62,831 nucleotides of DNA from an uncultured Clostridia bacterium. Its GTDB lineage: Bacteria; Bacillota; Clostridia; Christensenellales; UBA1242. The stretch covers positions 1 through 62,831 of the forward strand of contig CAMEKS010000003.1 in the NCBI GenBank assembly GCA_945921465.1. Reading direction: 5' to 3'. The position numbers were made by a program, and so were the translations under genes. A model generated the notes under the pieces. The model saw only the letters and a list, made by a program, of their open reading frames with translations, ran no database searches and was not told where the DNA came from. Below, piece after piece: positions 60,717-62,831 of this stretch; position 1 is the stretch's first letter; each line of letters starts with the position of its first letter.

Positions 60717-61823
60717 ATGAGGACTTTGAATAATCAAGAACGGGCGATATTGGGTATATGTTCGCAGACATCTCTAAGTTTGGGGAAAATTAAAACACTT
60801 ATATATAATTTACCTGACCTTAGCACTATATTTGCTGGCAATTTATCCAATATTCCTATAGTTCGTCAAACATTGACCGAAAATGATATTATAGAACTAA
60901 ATAATATAGATGAAAGGCGGCTGGATGCTTTTATTCGTCATCTTGCAAAACAAAATATTGAGATTGTTACATTTATATCGGATATATATCCTAAGAATTT
61001 GAAAGAAATACATAGTGCACCGGTGTTGCTATATGCCAAAGGTAATTTGGATTTGTTAAGCAATTCTAGCAATTTGGCAGTTGTAGGCACAAGACGATGT
61101 ACTAACTATGGCAGAGAAGTAACAACTAGTTTTGTCAAAGACTTGGTTAAGCATGATATATGTATTGTTAGTGGACTCGCCGATGGCGTTGACGCAATTG
61201 CTCATGAAGCAGCATTGGCTAATGGCGGCAAGACCATAGCAGTGATAGGTAGTGGATTTAATAACATTTATCCATCTATTAACACAGCATTGTCCGAGCA
61301 GATTATTAAGAAAGGTGGTTTGTTGCTTAGCGAGTATGAGCCTGGCGAAAAGCCAAATTCTTATCACTTTCCTGCTCGCAATAGAATTGTAGCAGCATTA
61401 AGTATGGCTTTGCTACTGGTAGAAGCACCTGAGCGAAGGGGCGCTCTAATAACCAAAGAGTATGCAATGGAATTTAATAGAGAAGTATTTGTTGTGCCTG
61501 GTAGGATAACTGACTATTGTTCTAAGGGTTGTAATGATGTTATACAATTATGTCAGGGTACAATGGTGCTTAGCCCTAAGCAGATTTTGGACTACTATGG
61601 CAAAACAGTGGTTGATTTTGACAAACCTAAGGATGTAGCACAATTATCTCTTGAGGAAGAGATGATACTGCAAATTTTAGGTGTGAATGATTTGCATTAC
61701 GAGGCAATCTTGGTAAGTAGCGGAATGAGTAGCGGAAACTTGAATGCATTGCTTATGAAGATGGAATTAAAGAATTTGATTAAAAAATTACCAGGCAATA
61801 TATATACAAGCGTCAAAATTTAG
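60717..61823 (+). CDS. dprA: DNA-processing protein DprA
   Basis: AVVGTR, VSGLADGVD..AH, FPARNRIVAALS, GALIT, EVFVVPG. Confidence 0.96.
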   Translation: MRTLNNQERAILGICSQTSLSLGKIKTLIYNLPDLSTIFAGNLSNIPIVRQTLTENDIIELNNIDERRLDAFIRHLAKQNIEIVTFISDIYPKNLKEIHSAPVLLYAKGNLDLLSNSSNLAVVGTRRCTNYGREVTTSFVKDLVKHDICIVSGLADGVDAIAHEAALANGGKTIAVIGSGFNNIYPSINTALSEQIIKKGGLLLSEYEPGEKPNSYHFPARNRIVAALSMALLLVEAPERRGALITKEYAMEFNREVFVVPGRITDYCSKGCNDVIQLCQGTMVLSPKQILDYYGKTVVDFDKPKDVAQLSLEEEMILQILGVNDLHYEAILVSSGMSSGNLNALLMKMELKNLIKKLPGNIYTSVKI

Positions 61824-61920
61824 TTTACAATTTGACAGCAATTTTGATACAATGTACTGGTTAATATATGATTGGATAGTAATGTTTATTATTTAATCTA
61901 ACTTAAATTATATAGAGGTT

Positions 61921-62831
61921 ATGATGAACTTAGTAGTAATAGAGGGTGTCGGCAAGAAAGATACAATTAAGAAATATTTAGGTAAAGATTATGATGTAGT
62001 AGCGACTAAGGGACATATTCGTGATTTGCCAGTTAAAACACTTGGCATTAACATCAATGACAATTTCAAACCTCAATACGAGATTATGCCAGACAAAGAT
62101 GCTATTGTTAAGGAATTAAAAACAAAACAGGCAAAAGCCGACAAAGTATATCTGGCGACCGACCCCGATAGAGAGGGAGAGGCAATAAGTTGGCACTTGT
62201 GCTATGTCTTGGGGCTAAACCCAAATGATAATGTTAGAATCGAGTTTAACGAGATTAGTAAAAATGCGGTTACTGAGGCTCTAAAAAAGCCAAGGGCAAT
62301 AGATCAAAATCTGGTTGATGCGCAGCAAGCAAGACGGGTAGTAGATAGATTGGTTGGTTACAAACTAAGTCCAATTTTGTGCAAGAAATTGCAACCAAAA
62401 TTGTCGGCAGGCCGTGTTCAGAGTGTCGCTTTGAAGTTGATTGTAGATAGGGAAAAAGAAATTCAGTCATTTGTGCCAGAAGAGTACTGGACGCTTAATG
62501 CAAATCTATACAAGATGTCTCCTGCTGATACATTTAAGACAACTTTGACCAAGATTAATGGCAAAAAGCAAAATATTAATAGCAAAGAAGAAATGGATAA
62601 GGTGCTTGAAGCATTGAAGTCGGGACAATTTGTTGTTAAATCAATTAAGAAAACTGTAAGCAAAGTGCATCCTTCGGCACCATATACAACAAGTACTATG
62701 CAGCAAGAAGCTACTAGCAAACTAGGTATGACCCTTAAGAAGGTAAGTTCGTGCGCACAAGAATTGTACGAAGGAGTTGCATTGGGTAGCGAAGGAAAGA
62801 CCGCGCTTATCACATATATTCGTACAGACTC
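61921..62831 (+). CDS. topA: Type IA DNA topoisomerase, 3'-partial (absent from the ORF track)
   Basis: My translation: MMNLVVIEGVGKKDTIKKYLG, GHIRDLP, LATDPDREGEAISWH, SAGRVQS, AQELYEG, LITYIRTD at the window edge. Confidence 0.97.
   Translation, partial: MMNLVVIEGVGKKDTIKKYLGKDYDVVATKGHIRDLPVKTLGININDNFKPQYEIMPDKDAIVKELKTKQAKADKVYLATDPDREGEAISWHLCYVLGLNPNDNVRIEFNEISKNAVTEALKKPRAIDQNLVDAQQARRVVDRLVGYKLSPILCKKLQPKLSAGRVQSVALKLIVDREKEIQSFVPEEYWTLNANLYKMSPADTFKTTLTKINGKKQNINSKEEMDKVLEALKSGQFVVKSIKKTVSKVHPSAPYTTSTMQQEATSKLGMTLKKVSSCAQELYEGVALGSEGKTALITYIRTD

Noticed and set aside
677-62813. Numerous 60-160 aa ORFs antisense to or nested in housekeeping genes (e.g. 1835-2161, 34204-34623, 47745-48221, 62463-62813)
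   Set aside because: They lie wholly within well-supported genes and show typical antisense composition, with no motifs

Overview
AT-rich chromosomal segment (roughly 30% GC by eye) of a Clostridia-like Firmicute that probably sporulates (spoIIID, ylbJ, CIRCE, T-box, Firmicute-type SOS box). The backbone is housekeeping and repair genes: alaS (partial), rnr, uvrB-uvrA, rarA, ogg, gpmI, hsp20, tspO, argS, greA, thrS, sbcDC, DnaD/DnaC-like pair, recA, DUF1538/P-II locus, alr, rsmD, spoIIID, gltX, yifB-dprA-topA (topA partial and missed by the ORF track). No tRNA, rRNA, CRISPR array or intact transposase was seen. The accessory content is the interesting part: (1) five tandem small proteins, each with a hydrophobic hairpin and four with a D-M...K/R C-terminal tail (22964-25610); (2) three tandem HipA/CtkA-like kinases with no antitoxin and progressively altered catalytic loops (30828-34025); (3) a Rho homologue lacking Walker A, the catalytic Glu and the C-terminal region (49004-50158); (4) three dispersed paralogous secreted beta-rich proteins; (5) an unannotated 51-aa peptide with 12 Cys (26537-26692, minus); (6) a family of structured intergenic repeats, one copy supplying a stop codon and another a -10 box followed by a switch-like RNA; (7) a dispersed 10-mer TACTATGCAA, often between stop codons and terminator hairpins; (8) an SbcC with no zinc hook. 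All family assignments come from motif recognition by eye, not database searches.
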